Program-made: the position numbers and the translations under genes
Source: a virus
Lineage: Duplodnaviria > Caudoviricetes
Reading direction: 5' to 3' (one strand)
DNA length: 64,000 nucleotides
IMG/VR virus record: IMGVR_UViG_3300027898_000001
The notes under the pieces: generated by a model
What the model was told of the DNA's origin: nothing
Databases searched by the model: none
The model's input: the letters and a program-made list of their open reading frames with translations, nothing else
In this document: piece by piece, positions 43,205 to 52,109 of the stretch
Layout: every line of letters begins with the position of its first letter
Numbering within the stretch: the stretch's first letter is position 1

Positions 43205-43610
43205 GATATTCTCCTAGAATGTTTGAAACATTTTCCACTTTGTGCATAACAAGTACAGGCACACTTAAATGATTTGTGTACGATTTCTTCTCGACTCGAC
43301 CTTCGTTCGGATCATATAACGTAGTGATACCTGTATTATCAACACACATTAAAATATAGTGTGTACCTGCCATAACATTTAAAGAGGGTACTGTGCAGAT
43401 ATATACTCCACTATATTGTACCAAATGAGGATACAGTATAGGACGACAAATAAATCCATGTTTTGCGAACAGCGCCAACATAATGTCTTCTGATATACCT
43501 ACACCAAATGTAGGAGCTTCTTCTAGCAATATATCAATTGGTACTTTTGTTACCATAGAAATGCAAGCATGTCCGCAACTATGGCTACAAACTTGTTGAA
43601 CGAAATCCAT
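43194..43610 (-). CDS. C39-like cysteine peptidase
   Basis: QQVCSHSCGHACISM (Q...C), THYILM (H) and LYDPN (D). Start moved to ATG 43610 (RBS AAGGT). Confidence 0.75.
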   Translation of the reverse strand: MDFVQQVCSHSCGHACISMVTKVPIDILLEEAPTFGVGISEDIMLALFAKHGFICRPILYPHLVQYSGVYICTVPSLNVMAGTHYILMCVDNTGITTLYDPNEGRVEKKSYTNHLSVPVLVMHKVENVSNILGEYRGS

Positions 43611-43624
43611 AACGAATACCTTGT

Positions 43625-43860
43625 AGGAGAATTGCGCAGAGGTTGGTACGCAATTCAATTTTCTCTAATTCTGCCACAACACAGTTAGCTTACGCGCTAC
43701 ATCGACCTTTCAACTCATCTACGACAATATAAATAAAGCCTCCGAGAAAACATGAACCTGCAAGGATTTAATCTATATCTGTTTGACACAATGGAACAAA
43801 CAGATTGTGAGTCTACATTACTGCGGCAGGTACACAATAACTTATCTCACGCGCATCCTA
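43625..43860 (-). ncRNA. Structured leader or ncRNA candidate downstream of a TGTAAATA motif
   Basis: Stems 43777-43785/43797-43805 (9 bp) and 43629-43636/43649-43656 (8 bp), plus GTGAG/CTCAC. Confidence 0.4.
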
Positions 43861-43871
43861 TATTTACACTT

Positions 43872-44225
43872 TTAAGAAAGAGCAATATTACCATCAACTA
43901 TATTGTCTAGGAGCCTGGAAGCACGATCTCCTGTGAATTTGACACGAGCCGGAATTTCACTCTCTAATTCGAGTAACTTTTCTTTCAATATATCAATAAC
44001 TTTATCACCTACACGCTCGCGCAAACCTTTAAACTTAGAATCATTCAAATCGTGTTTTATTGATTCAAAATGATAAACACTTACTGCTTTAAATCCACCC
44101 GATCTGTACGTTAGGATTAATTCAATAACATTCTGGTGAGTTACAAGAACATGGGCTTGTTGATTTCTTGTAGTAAGTGCTTTTGTGATTTTTGTATAAA
44201 ACTTATTATGATCCATATTATGCAC
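43872..44225 (-). CDS. Hypothetical protein
   Basis: ORF in operon. Confidence 0.6.
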   Translation of the reverse strand: MHNMDHNKFYTKITKALTTRNQQAHVLVTHQNVIELILTYRSGGFKAVSVYHFESIKHDLNDSKFKGLRERVGDKVIDILKEKLLELESEIPARVKFTGDRASRLLDNIVDGNIALS

Positions 44226-44766
44226 TCTTTCTTGAAAAGATTGATTTTATTTTAGCAACAAACACAGCATTGATTCGTATACTTACATACGGTGTTGCCC
44301 AAAAGCTGTTATCAGTAAACTTACTGTAAGCATCTTGATAAATATTCCAACCAACATGTAATTCTAACAACAATAGTGGAATTTCTTTATACCATATACC
44401 GTATTCTTCTTTCTGCGCATCTGTTATTATTGCAAGATAAGTAGGTGCAGGTTTACCTACGTACCATAGAATACTACCAGTGTTTCTAACACCTAGCCAA
44501 TACCATGCTGTACAAAACCAACCGAACTTATCGTATATAGAACGTACAAATGGTAAAGTTAAATCACCGCACATCAATTCGTCTTTAGTTTCTGCCCATG
44601 CTAACCAATCAACATACTTAGCACGTTTTATTCCTAGCAAATCGCTAGGTCGTTTATCAGAAATAGTTTCATTAGATGCAAATGCGATGAAGAATGGTGT
44701 AAGAACAATAGCTGGTATTTTCCAAAGAATATCAAGCAATAGAAACAGTGTGATTTTTAAATTCAT
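44218..44766 (-). CDS. Phage membrane/envelope-associated protein
   Basis: N-terminal TM, W..W..T.D...GD...WYWLG.RN pattern common in phages. Confidence 0.55.
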   Translation of the reverse strand: MNLKITLFLLLDILWKIPAIVLTPFFIAFASNETISDKRPSDLLGIKRAKYVDWLAWAETKDELMCGDLTLPFVRSIYDKFGWFCTAWYWLGVRNTGSILWYVGKPAPTYLAIITDAQKEEYGIWYKEIPLLLLELHVGWNIYQDAYSKFTDNSFWATPYVSIRINAVFVAKIKSIFSRKSA

Positions 44767-45667
44767 TCCAACCAACTCCTATATGAGATTCACGAATAAA
44801 ATTGGTACTAGGTAAAATCAATTCAGTGCCATTTTCCAACATATACTGAACACAAAACTTATCTCTATGTCCTTTTACTACACTTACAGAAGTGACAAGT
44901 ACGGGATGTTGTACATTTTGTAATATATACATACGTCCAGGCACAGGTAACTCTCTATCTTCTTCCCTAGGGATTGGAATAAATGGATTACTGTCTTTGT
45001 ACATGTTTTCTATAGTTAGTCGAACAATTACAGGAACAGAAATTTCTAAACTTATGTTTATGTTTGTCCTGGTATAATTAACATAGGTTAATTCGATACT
45101 TATACCAGGACCATAATCATTAGGCGATATGGTCAGAACCAACTTATAATCAGAAATAGTTTCTTCTAATGAAAATTTCTTTATAATACGATGTGTAATA
45201 AAATCCTGCATTCTATTATGAAGATAATGGTTAATACGAGATTTGGCAACACTAATAGTGCAACCTATGTTATCCTGCAATCTATAATCGTTTAATTCTG
45301 CAATTAATGTAGCTATTGCTATAATCGTACCTACAGAAAAATCTGTTCCAGCAACACTATTACCAAATACTACAGGTGATGTACCGTTGTATGGTGCAAT
45401 ACAATTAACCTGATTCTGCATTAAAATATCTCGATACGCCTGAGTTACTGGACCGCATCGAAATCTTTGATTCGCCGTATAGGTTGAAAATTGACTAGCT
45501 AGAGAATTCTCCATAACACTATCAATATATTTACGCACAACAATTTGGTTTTCTTTGTCACTTGACGTGTTCACAAAATAGTTTAAAGTAAATGGTGGTA
45601 TTTTATCATCAACAAAACTATCTGGAAACCACACGTTGTAATTGGTTGGAACTAAAACATATAACAT
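44732..45667 (-). CDS. Hypothetical protein
   Basis: Start moved to ATG 45667, directly after the GNAT stop. Confidence 0.6.
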   Translation of the reverse strand: MLYVLVPTNYNVWFPDSFVDDKIPPFTLNYFVNTSSDKENQIVVRKYIDSVMENSLASQFSTYTANQRFRCGPVTQAYRDILMQNQVNCIAPYNGTSPVVFGNSVAGTDFSVGTIIAIATLIAELNDYRLQDNIGCTISVAKSRINHYLHNRMQDFITHRIIKKFSLEETISDYKLVLTISPNDYGPGISIELTYVNYTRTNINISLEISVPVIVRLTIENMYKDSNPFIPIPREEDRELPVPGRMYILQNVQHPVLVTSVSVVKGHRDKFCVQYMLENGTELILPSTNFIRESHIGVGWNEFKNHTVSIA

Positions 45668-45668
45668 G

Positions 45669-46079
45669 TCACAAGACCTCTTTAAATGTGGCGAAGACTG
45701 CCTTACCACGAGTCTTATTTGCATTCATACTCACGGCGTTCGTGATGCAAACACCACTGAACACGGAACACTTCTGATTATCACGACCATAATCCGCTAC
45801 AGAATCCCGCAACAGTTTCCAACCGCCACGATTTCTGTATCTTGGTTTAACGTAGGATAATGCTATATAAATAGCGTCAGCATTCAATTCATAAAACTGC
45901 ACAATACCAACAGGCGTATCTTTATGCAACAACAAGTAAGCCATAGTTTCTGTGCGAAATTCTAATCCGTAATGACGATCAACATAGCCAACTTTTAACA
46001 ACTCTGCCTGCGCCTCTACAACTAATTGCATGGCACGTAAAGAGTTGGCAGTATTGAGAATTAGTTGGGTAGTAAACAT
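45669..46079 (-). CDS. GNAT-family acyl/acetyltransferase
   Basis: PVGIVQF, IYIALSYVKPRYRNRGG (motif A) and N..S (motif B). Confidence 0.75.
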   Translation of the reverse strand: MFTTQLILNTANSLRAMQLVVEAQAELLKVGYVDRHYGLEFRTETMAYLLLHKDTPVGIVQFYELNADAIYIALSYVKPRYRNRGGWKLLRDSVADYGRDNQKCSVFSGVCITNAVSMNANKTRGKAVFATFKEVL

Positions 46080-46081
46080 AA

Positions 46082-46363
46082 TTAGTCTCCTGACGCTTCG
46101 TCAGAAAGACTCTCATCCACTTCGTAATCAACACCTCGAATACAAAGCTCTTCTTCATTTGTATGTACGATAATACCGTCAGGCCTGCGCAGAACATAAA
46201 GTGGAGATTTTTGATTTACTTCAAACACAACACCCATGACTTTAGCCATGAAATGTTCCGCACCTTTCTGCTTTAGTTCGACAATCTCTTCCAAAGCATA
46301 CTTAGAGGTGAAATGGCCTTGAGGTACTACTTCTTTTGATTCTACAAATACTTCTGTACTCAT
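46082..46363 (-). CDS. Small SH3-like (YccV/HspQ-like, tentative) protein
   Basis: KYALEEIV...VMGVVFE...PLYVL..PDG..VHTNEEEL. Start moved to ATG 46363. Confidence 0.45.
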   Translation of the reverse strand: MSTEVFVESKEVVPQGHFTSKYALEEIVELKQKGAEHFMAKVMGVVFEVNQKSPLYVLRRPDGIIVHTNEEELCIRGVDYEVDESLSDEASGD

Positions 46364-46364
46364 G

Positions 46365-46601
46365 TTACACCTCTGTTTTAGGAATTTCTTTACCTGCGGC
46401 TGCGAATACATTTGCGCGAAACTCATCACACAGCGCGTTCAATGTTTTTGCATCCAAATCTTTCAAATCAAATGAGGTACCTAATTGTAAGTTATGCACT
46501 GTAATACCCTCTTGTCTAGGACGTACAACAGGTGCTTTAACAATTTCTACACGCTTAGGTACTTCAAATGGTTTTAATTCTATGTTGATAGTTATTGACA
46601 C
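46365..46601 (-). CDS. Hypothetical protein
   Basis: Coupled ORF. Confidence 0.65.
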   Translation of the reverse strand: MSITINIELKPFEVPKRVEIVKAPVVRPRQEGITVHNLQLGTSFDLKDLDAKTLNALCDEFRANVFAAAGKEIPKTEV

Positions 46602-47065
46602 TATACCTTCTCCTCATCAAGTCTTTCATAAATATAGTAGCAGTACACAAACTGAATTGAATCATCTTCATCATACAGGTACTCATGTTGCGGTGTATGA
46701 TTGCCAATATAATCTCCCCACTTATGCCAGCGCCAACCACCACTGCTAGATTGCTCGCTTTTATGTACAGGTGTTATTGTGACAACGAATTTGCGATCAG
46801 GATCATTTACTAACATGGGACAAAAGTCTAGCAAATTTTGAGCACTATCACAAACACCATAGGCTTCAACATAACAACCGTCACGATTAACTAGGTTTTC
46901 AGGATACCGTTCATAATATCCACGTAGAAAATCACTTGAACCGAAATGACCTATTTCATATACGCCAGTTATAACTTCATGTACGTTTTGAGAATTGCCG
47001 TTTATACGTGCTATTGTATTTAAAATTGGGTCACCTACTGTGACTCTGTATTCAGGTACTAACAT
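46601..47065 (-). CDS. Hypothetical phage protein
   Basis: GGWRWHKWGDYIG motif, common in phage hypothetical proteins. Confidence 0.7.
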   Translation of the reverse strand: MLVPEYRVTVGDPILNTIARINGNSQNVHEVITGVYEIGHFGSSDFLRGYYERYPENLVNRDGCYVEAYGVCDSAQNLLDFCPMLVNDPDRKFVVTITPVHKSEQSSSGGWRWHKWGDYIGNHTPQHEYLYDEDDSIQFVYCYYIYERLDEEKV

Positions 47066-47073
47066 AATGCTAC

Positions 47074-47376
47074 CTATCGCTGTCTGGTACGTGTAAGTCC
47101 AGATAACATACCAAAGAAATATGCGTACACCTCACGTTCAGTTTGTACACACGTTAATTGTTGGAATGGTGCAACACCGCCTACCTCAACATACAGTTCA
47201 TACGACTTTGTACTAACAGCACGACTGAACAATCCGCCACGTGTCGTATGTTTACGTTCAAGTAGTTGCCAATTCTTTTTAGTAGCGAGACGGATTTCCT
47301 CTAAATACCCTTGCAGTTCTTGATTCTCTAGTGGAATGTTTTGCTCGTGCTCATGTAAGAATGTTGTAGTTGTCAT
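47074..47376 (-). CDS. Hypothetical protein
   Basis: RBS AAGGTG. Confidence 0.65.
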   Translation of the reverse strand: MTTTTFLHEHEQNIPLENQELQGYLEEIRLATKKNWQLLERKHTTRGGLFSRAVSTKSYELYVEVGGVAPFQQLTCVQTEREVYAYFFGMLSGLTRTRQR

Positions 47377-47384
47377 AATACACC

Positions 47385-47852
47385 TTAAATGTGAGTAAAA
47401 CCCGCTACTACCATTTCACCACACGCAGGACAATGATACTGACCAAGAGGTTCGAATATTAGCATTTCAGGATGTTCTGTACAGCTAAAGTCGGAGTTCT
47501 TGAAAACTCGAATTAGAATAACCTTTGAGGACATGCGTCTGGCGTGCACATGCAAACCTTTCGTAGATAACAAACTTACAAAATCTTGCAGCAGTTTGTC
47601 GTACTGAAACTGTGGAATAGACTCATCATCTTGTTTAAATAGGACATCAAACACTTTTATATCTGATGGAATACCCACGTATTCGACATGGTTCCACGCG
47701 AAGTTTGATGCTTTGGTAGGGTCTGGAAGCAGTGTGTGCGAGGACTCTAGTACAACATGCTCAGGCAGAGTAATTCGATCAAATTTGTGCTCAAATATTG
47801 TGGTCATGGTGGCGTTACTCAACGATGTTAAATGATACATTAATAGTTTCAA
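47385..47852 (-). CDS. Hypothetical protein with C-terminal Zn ribbon
   Basis: C.EHP...YHCPACGEM. Start uncertain. Confidence 0.6.
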   Translation of the reverse strand: MKLLMYHLTSLSNATMTTIFEHKFDRITLPEHVVLESSHTLLPDPTKASNFAWNHVEYVGIPSDIKVFDVLFKQDDESIPQFQYDKLLQDFVSLLSTKGLHVHARRMSSKVILIRVFKNSDFSCTEHPEMLIFEPLGQYHCPACGEMVVAGFTHI

Positions 47853-48723
47853 CTGCCGCTATAGGGGTTATTGAAACCATAGCTGACCTAGTTTTATGCT
47901 GTGTTGGAAAATAATGATAAAATTTAACCACGTCTTCCTGAGAATCTTCACCATAAACAATTTCATGTTCTGTAACAAATAGAGCCAGTTGCTTTAATAC
48001 TGAGGCTTTACCAGATACGTTATTGAAGGGTACTTTAAACAATTTCAACAAATGGTATAATGCTATTGCATACAGTCGCTTAATATGGTTTGGATACAAT
48101 TCTTTCCACGTTATTGTTTTTGTGTAAATGTTTGACACTGAGGCTTTTTGAATTTGTTTTTTATCTACACAACCATCTAAATGTTGTTGTATTGCCTTGT
48201 GGGTGTCAAAATCATTATCGAATTCATACAAGGCTTTAGCCGCATTTGTTTTTAATGTATCCATAATACCATTAATAGTAAGGGTATCAAATAATGCATA
48301 ACCAGTTGTAGTCTTAGGACCTAACACAGGTCGTGGTGTATCATACAGAAACATTTCGGCAGCAGTGTGGTCATGATCTGCAATTGGTGTGCGTTTATAC
48401 GCGAAGTCCCAATTACGTAAAAGCGCTCGCGATAGTGTAGTGCCGAAGGCATCTTCTGGCGCAATACCATAACCATAATGTTTTACCAATGCGAAACGGT
48501 AATAAGTGTAGGCTTGGACTTGTGCTATGTGATTGTAGTTCACACTGTCGCCACTATCAACAATGTGGAATGCACGTTTATTCACAATCTCTACAGTAAA
48601 TGATATGTCTTCATTTAATGTGTCACATACAACCACTTTATCTGTAAGCGTAGATACAGATACGTTATGTAATTCTGAACACGCTTGTAATAACTTTTCT
48701 TGTAATTCCAATGCGGTAATCAT
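47815..48723 (-). CDS. Protein with a tail-sheath C-terminal-domain-like segment
   Basis: VLGPKT...LKT..A...ND..T and terminal VSITPIAAVETINVSF resemble the sheath C-terminus. Confidence 0.4.
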   Translation of the reverse strand: MITALELQEKLLQACSELHNVSVSTLTDKVVVCDTLNEDISFTVEIVNKRAFHIVDSGDSVNYNHIAQVQAYTYYRFALVKHYGYGIAPEDAFGTTLSRALLRNWDFAYKRTPIADHDHTAAEMFLYDTPRPVLGPKTTTGYALFDTLTINGIMDTLKTNAAKALYEFDNDFDTHKAIQQHLDGCVDKKQIQKASVSNIYTKTITWKELYPNHIKRLYAIALYHLLKLFKVPFNNVSGKASVLKQLALFVTEHEIVYGEDSQEDVVKFYHYFPTQHKTRSAMVSITPIAAVETINVSFNIVE

Positions 48724-48947
48724 ACTTCCTTAACCTCGATTCTGCGAGCAAGCTCCAATGAATTTCCAGAACTATCAAATTGCAAGGAAGTTCTGTTATC
48801 AGAATATCCTAATACTCTATGTGTTCTAGCGCATACCATCTTATTTACAGCTATGTGATTTGCATTCACTATTTCAACTTCTTGTCGAATATCACTGAAC
48901 GTGCGGCGTCTGCGTCCTTTTAATCTTTCTACAACGTCTGCTTCCAT
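48720..48947 (-). CDS. Hypothetical protein
   Basis: Coupled ORF. Confidence 0.5.
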   Translation of the reverse strand: MEADVVERLKGRRRRTFSDIRQEVEIVNANHIAVNKMVCARTHRVLGYSDNRTSLQFDSSGNSLELARRIEVKEV

Positions 48948-48956
48948 TAAAATATC

Positions 48957-49178
48957 TCAACTAAAATTTTTAAGCCATTCTTCTTCTGATATTTCTACCC
49001 AATTTACAGCAGCACCTTCATCACGACCTATAGGTATAAAACCGATACTACAATTTTCTTCGGCAACTAAACAGTTATTGTACATTGTAGAATTCACTTC
49101 ACCTACAATTTTAATTTCGCGTCCACCTGTATGGCGATACGCTTTACCTATTTCAAAGCACGGCATGATACTAAGCAC
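48957..49178 (-). CDS. Small hypothetical protein
   Basis: FEIGKAYRHTGG pattern. Confidence 0.6.
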   Translation of the reverse strand: MLSIMPCFEIGKAYRHTGGREIKIVGEVNSTMYNNCLVAEENCSIGFIPIGRDEGAAVNWVEISEEEWLKNFS

Positions 49179-49179
49179 C

Positions 49180-49611
49180 TCATGTGTTACATGCAGTTGT
49201 GGCTAACTTGTCCGCTAGTTCATTAAAAACATTACCATTATGCGCGCGAACCCAAAACCATTGTATATCGTGTAGGCTCACATCAAGTTGTTCCCAAAAT
49301 TCTTTGTTCTTTACAGGTTTTCTATCGACTGTACGCCAACCATTACGTTTCCAGCCAGTTAGCCATTTTGTGATACCATTATACACGTATTGGCTATCAG
49401 TATAAATGCTAATAGAAGTACCTGCACGAAAAACACGATTTGCAAATTTAACGGCTTCAATAGCTGCTTGTAATTCCATCTGATTATTTGTGGTATTTGC
49501 AACATATCCCGATAAATGCTTTTGCTTCTTACCATCTGTTATAACAACACCCCAACCACCTGGGCCGGGATTACCTTTACACGCACCATCAGTGTATATT
49601 TGAATGGGCAT
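49180..49611 (-). CDS. rnhA: Ribonuclease HI
   Basis: IYTDGACKGNPGPGGWG, TTNNQMEL, TDSQYV, WVRAHNG and NELADKLA. Start moved to ATG 49611. Confidence 0.95.
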   Translation of the reverse strand: MPIQIYTDGACKGNPGPGGWGVVITDGKKQKHLSGYVANTTNNQMELQAAIEAVKFANRVFRAGTSISIYTDSQYVYNGITKWLTGWKRNGWRTVDRKPVKNKEFWEQLDVSLHDIQWFWVRAHNGNVFNELADKLATTACNT

Positions 49612-49644
49612 ATTATTAAACCTCTTATCATGTAGCATATAGAG

Positions 49645-49669
49645 AAAAAGCGGCTTTCGCCGCTTTTTT
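49645..49669 (-). terminator. Rho-independent terminator
   Basis: Minus strand AAAAGCGGC-GAAA-GCCGCTTTTT. Confidence 0.85.
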
Positions 49670-50009
49670 ATACTGTTACTGGCTTCAAAACACTGTGTGG
49701 TGCTAAAGCTGTAACTTGAATTAACTCAACTTGTACAATGCCAGGATTCGGTTGAGAATCTAAAACTGCTTCGATTAAATCCTCGTACTTGGTGTGCAAC
49801 TGTTCGATTGTCAAAGACGTTGAAACCAATTGATCTTCTTCCTGTACAAGTTTCTCGGTTGTAAAACCTTTCAGTGTTTTAAATTCTTCCGTAGTCGTAA
49901 TCTTGAATGACAAGCGGAATACATTAATCGGTTGCACGACTGGAATAACTTCGGGTGCAGTAATAGTTGTCGAAGCACCTCGTGACGATTTAGTAGCTTT
50001 TGGTGGCAT
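49668..50009 (-). CDS. Hypothetical protein
   Basis: RBS AGGA. Confidence 0.65.
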   Translation of the reverse strand: MPPKATKSSRGASTTITAPEVIPVVQPINVFRLSFKITTTEEFKTLKGFTTEKLVQEEDQLVSTSLTIEQLHTKYEDLIEAVLDSQPNPGIVQVELIQVTALAPHSVLKPVTV

Positions 50010-50073
50010 TTTTAAATTCCTGTGAAATTATGTGTGAAAGTGAGTAGTCTTTGCTACATATAGTATTTACACT

Positions 50074-50937
50074 TTATGCTTTTGCTACTGTACCTGATGC
50101 TTTTTGCGCTTCATATTCTGTGGTTAAATATGTCAATAAATCGTCCACATTCAAACCTGTACCTGCTGCTTTTTGTGAGTCACAGTAATCTGTAAGGAAT
50201 TCATTATCTTCACGTCCACTCCAGATTTTGAAGTAATCGTTTGAACGCTGTCCGTTTGAAGTACGGAAGATGTTCAACAAGTTTTTAGAAACGTAAATTT
50301 CATAAACGTCATTAGCAGTTACGCCAAAAGCATCGTACAACGCATGTAATAACGCCCAGTTAGGTTCCGCGTTATTCAAAGTAGTGTGACAGAACTGTTC
50401 CAATAAATCTACTACCGGGAATTTAGTAATATCAACTTCTGCATGAACACCGTTAACAGTTTCAGAAGGGCTGAATTGAATCTTCTCATACGCATCGTTT
50501 GACGCATACTTACCAATAGGCTCAATAGTGATAGTATTGTCCATTGTTGATAGTTCTTCTGCAACATCGTGTAATACGTCTTCTGTTTCCGCTTCGGTAA
50601 ATTCGTAACCAACACCTGGAGGTACATCTTCATCACCGAATGCTAATGCTACATAACCAGCCCGTAAAGAGTGCGACAATGCAAAATGGTGAATATCAAT
50701 TAATTCTAACACAGCTTGTGGAACATTAGTTGGAGTCTTTTTCCACCATTTATAACCAATATGGTCGATAGCTTCGGCAGCTTCTTTCCAACCAGCGCGA
50801 TAATACTGAATATCACAATTACAACTTGTGCGCCAGGCCTCAGACATTACATCGTTTGCTTTACCTTGTAGCAACAGCATATCGCGCATTTGTTGATAGG
50901 TAAAACGAATCTTTGGTGTATAAAAAGCTAATGACAT
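50074..50937 (-). CDS. dut: Dimeric all-alpha dUTPase
   Basis: ML.LQ...N, EAAEAIDH.GYKWWK, ELIDIHHF.LS and Y..KN.LN.FR...G motifs. Confidence 0.88.
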   Translation of the reverse strand: MSLAFYTPKIRFTYQQMRDMLLLQGKANDVMSEAWRTSCNCDIQYYRAGWKEAAEAIDHIGYKWWKKTPTNVPQAVLELIDIHHFALSHSLRAGYVALAFGDEDVPPGVGYEFTEAETEDVLHDVAEELSTMDNTITIEPIGKYASNDAYEKIQFSPSETVNGVHAEVDITKFPVVDLLEQFCHTTLNNAEPNWALLHALYDAFGVTANDVYEIYVSKNLLNIFRTSNGQRSNDYFKIWSGREDNEFLTDYCDSQKAAGTGLNVDDLLTYLTTEYEAQKASGTVAKA

Positions 50938-50966
50938 AAAAATACCCTACTATTTTTGTGATTTAA

Positions 50967-51266
50967 TTAACGGAGACTTGCATCTATTGGTTGATTTGCT
51001 ACTACAATACGAACACCCATGTAATAACAGGAAGCTGGAACATCACCCAATTCAGGAACGCGAGTAAGACCACGAGGTGCAGGTGCTGTACGATCTGCAT
51101 AATACTTATCAGAGTTTACAACATCTTTGTGGAAAGGAGAATTAATAAAAGCTTTCATTTCGTCCGCTGACAATGTAATCTTTTCGATAGATTGATTGTT
51201 TGCTACTGCCGTAAGAATAGCATTACGGACTTGTCCAACAATAGTTGTGTCAAATACTACTTGCAT
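50967..51266 (-). CDS. Hypothetical protein
   Basis: RBS AGGT. Confidence 0.65.
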   Translation of the reverse strand: MQVVFDTTIVGQVRNAILTAVANNQSIEKITLSADEMKAFINSPFHKDVVNSDKYYADRTAPAPRGLTRVPELGDVPASCYYMGVRIVVANQPIDASLR

Positions 51267-51278
51267 AAAATATACCTA

Positions 51279-52064
51279 TTAGTTGTCTTCAAGTTCTCGG
51301 ATACTGATAAGCTCTATGCTTGCGTGGCGGGCAATATCTTCTACCTCACCATTGCTATCATAGGTATCATCATAAATAATACGTTCAGGTTGTGCTATTG
51401 ATAAAAGGCTCATACATGTTGCGCAGGGTCTTGACGTAACATACATTGTGCTACCTTCTAGTCTAATACCTAACTTTGCCGCCATACCAATCGCGTTTTG
51501 TTCAGCGTGATTACAAGGACATAAGTGGAGACCTTCACCTGTTTTGCAACCACGTTCTACACGTAAACAAGTTTTTGGATGAGGTGAACCCGCAGCAACC
51601 CCATTATAGGCACTCATAACAGGCACTTTGTTTTGAACTACCTGCACACCAACTGCGCGACCAGCTCGACACGTTGTACGACCAGCTGCCCAGAAAGCGC
51701 CACGCATAAAATGACGATGCCAACTTTCTCTAGGCCGTTCAAACACAAACCCATAGTGGAACGTAATTACAGGTTGTTGTTCAAACAAGTCATCACTATC
51801 AAAATAAATGGATAGTGTATCACGATATTTAATTATCTTAAATTGCTTACGTTCATTCTCAGAAATATCATAAGCCATATTTAAAAAGACTTTTGCCATT
51901 TCAAAGAAAGTTTCATCCGAACAAGTTATTGGATAAAGTTGTTCTAACACGTTACGTATAACACTGGCATTATGCTTATCAATAAAAGGCTGAAACTGCT
52001 TCATTTGCTTCAAACCGCTATTGATAACATCTGACGGTGTAGGGTCTTGCGCTAACCTTGACAT
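51279..52064 (-). CDS. dCMP deaminase with an N-terminal extra domain
   Basis: HAEQNAI and PCATC zinc motifs, SAYNG. About 115 extra N-terminal residues. Confidence 0.88.
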   Translation of the reverse strand: MSRLAQDPTPSDVINSGLKQMKQFQPFIDKHNASVIRNVLEQLYPITCSDETFFEMAKVFLNMAYDISENERKQFKIIKYRDTLSIYFDSDDLFEQQPVITFHYGFVFERPRESWHRHFMRGAFWAAGRTTCRAGRAVGVQVVQNKVPVMSAYNGVAAGSPHPKTCLRVERGCKTGEGLHLCPCNHAEQNAIGMAAKLGIRLEGSTMYVTSRPCATCMSLLSIAQPERIIYDDTYDSNGEVEDIARHASIELISIRELEDN

Positions 52065-52109
52065 AGTAACTCCGTATACACTTTAAGATAAGATATTATT
52101 CTTTTACAG

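Noticed and set aside
49180-51266. RNase HI and dUTPase as novel auxiliary genes
   Set aside because: Both are routine in large phage genomes, and nothing unusual is visible in their motifs.
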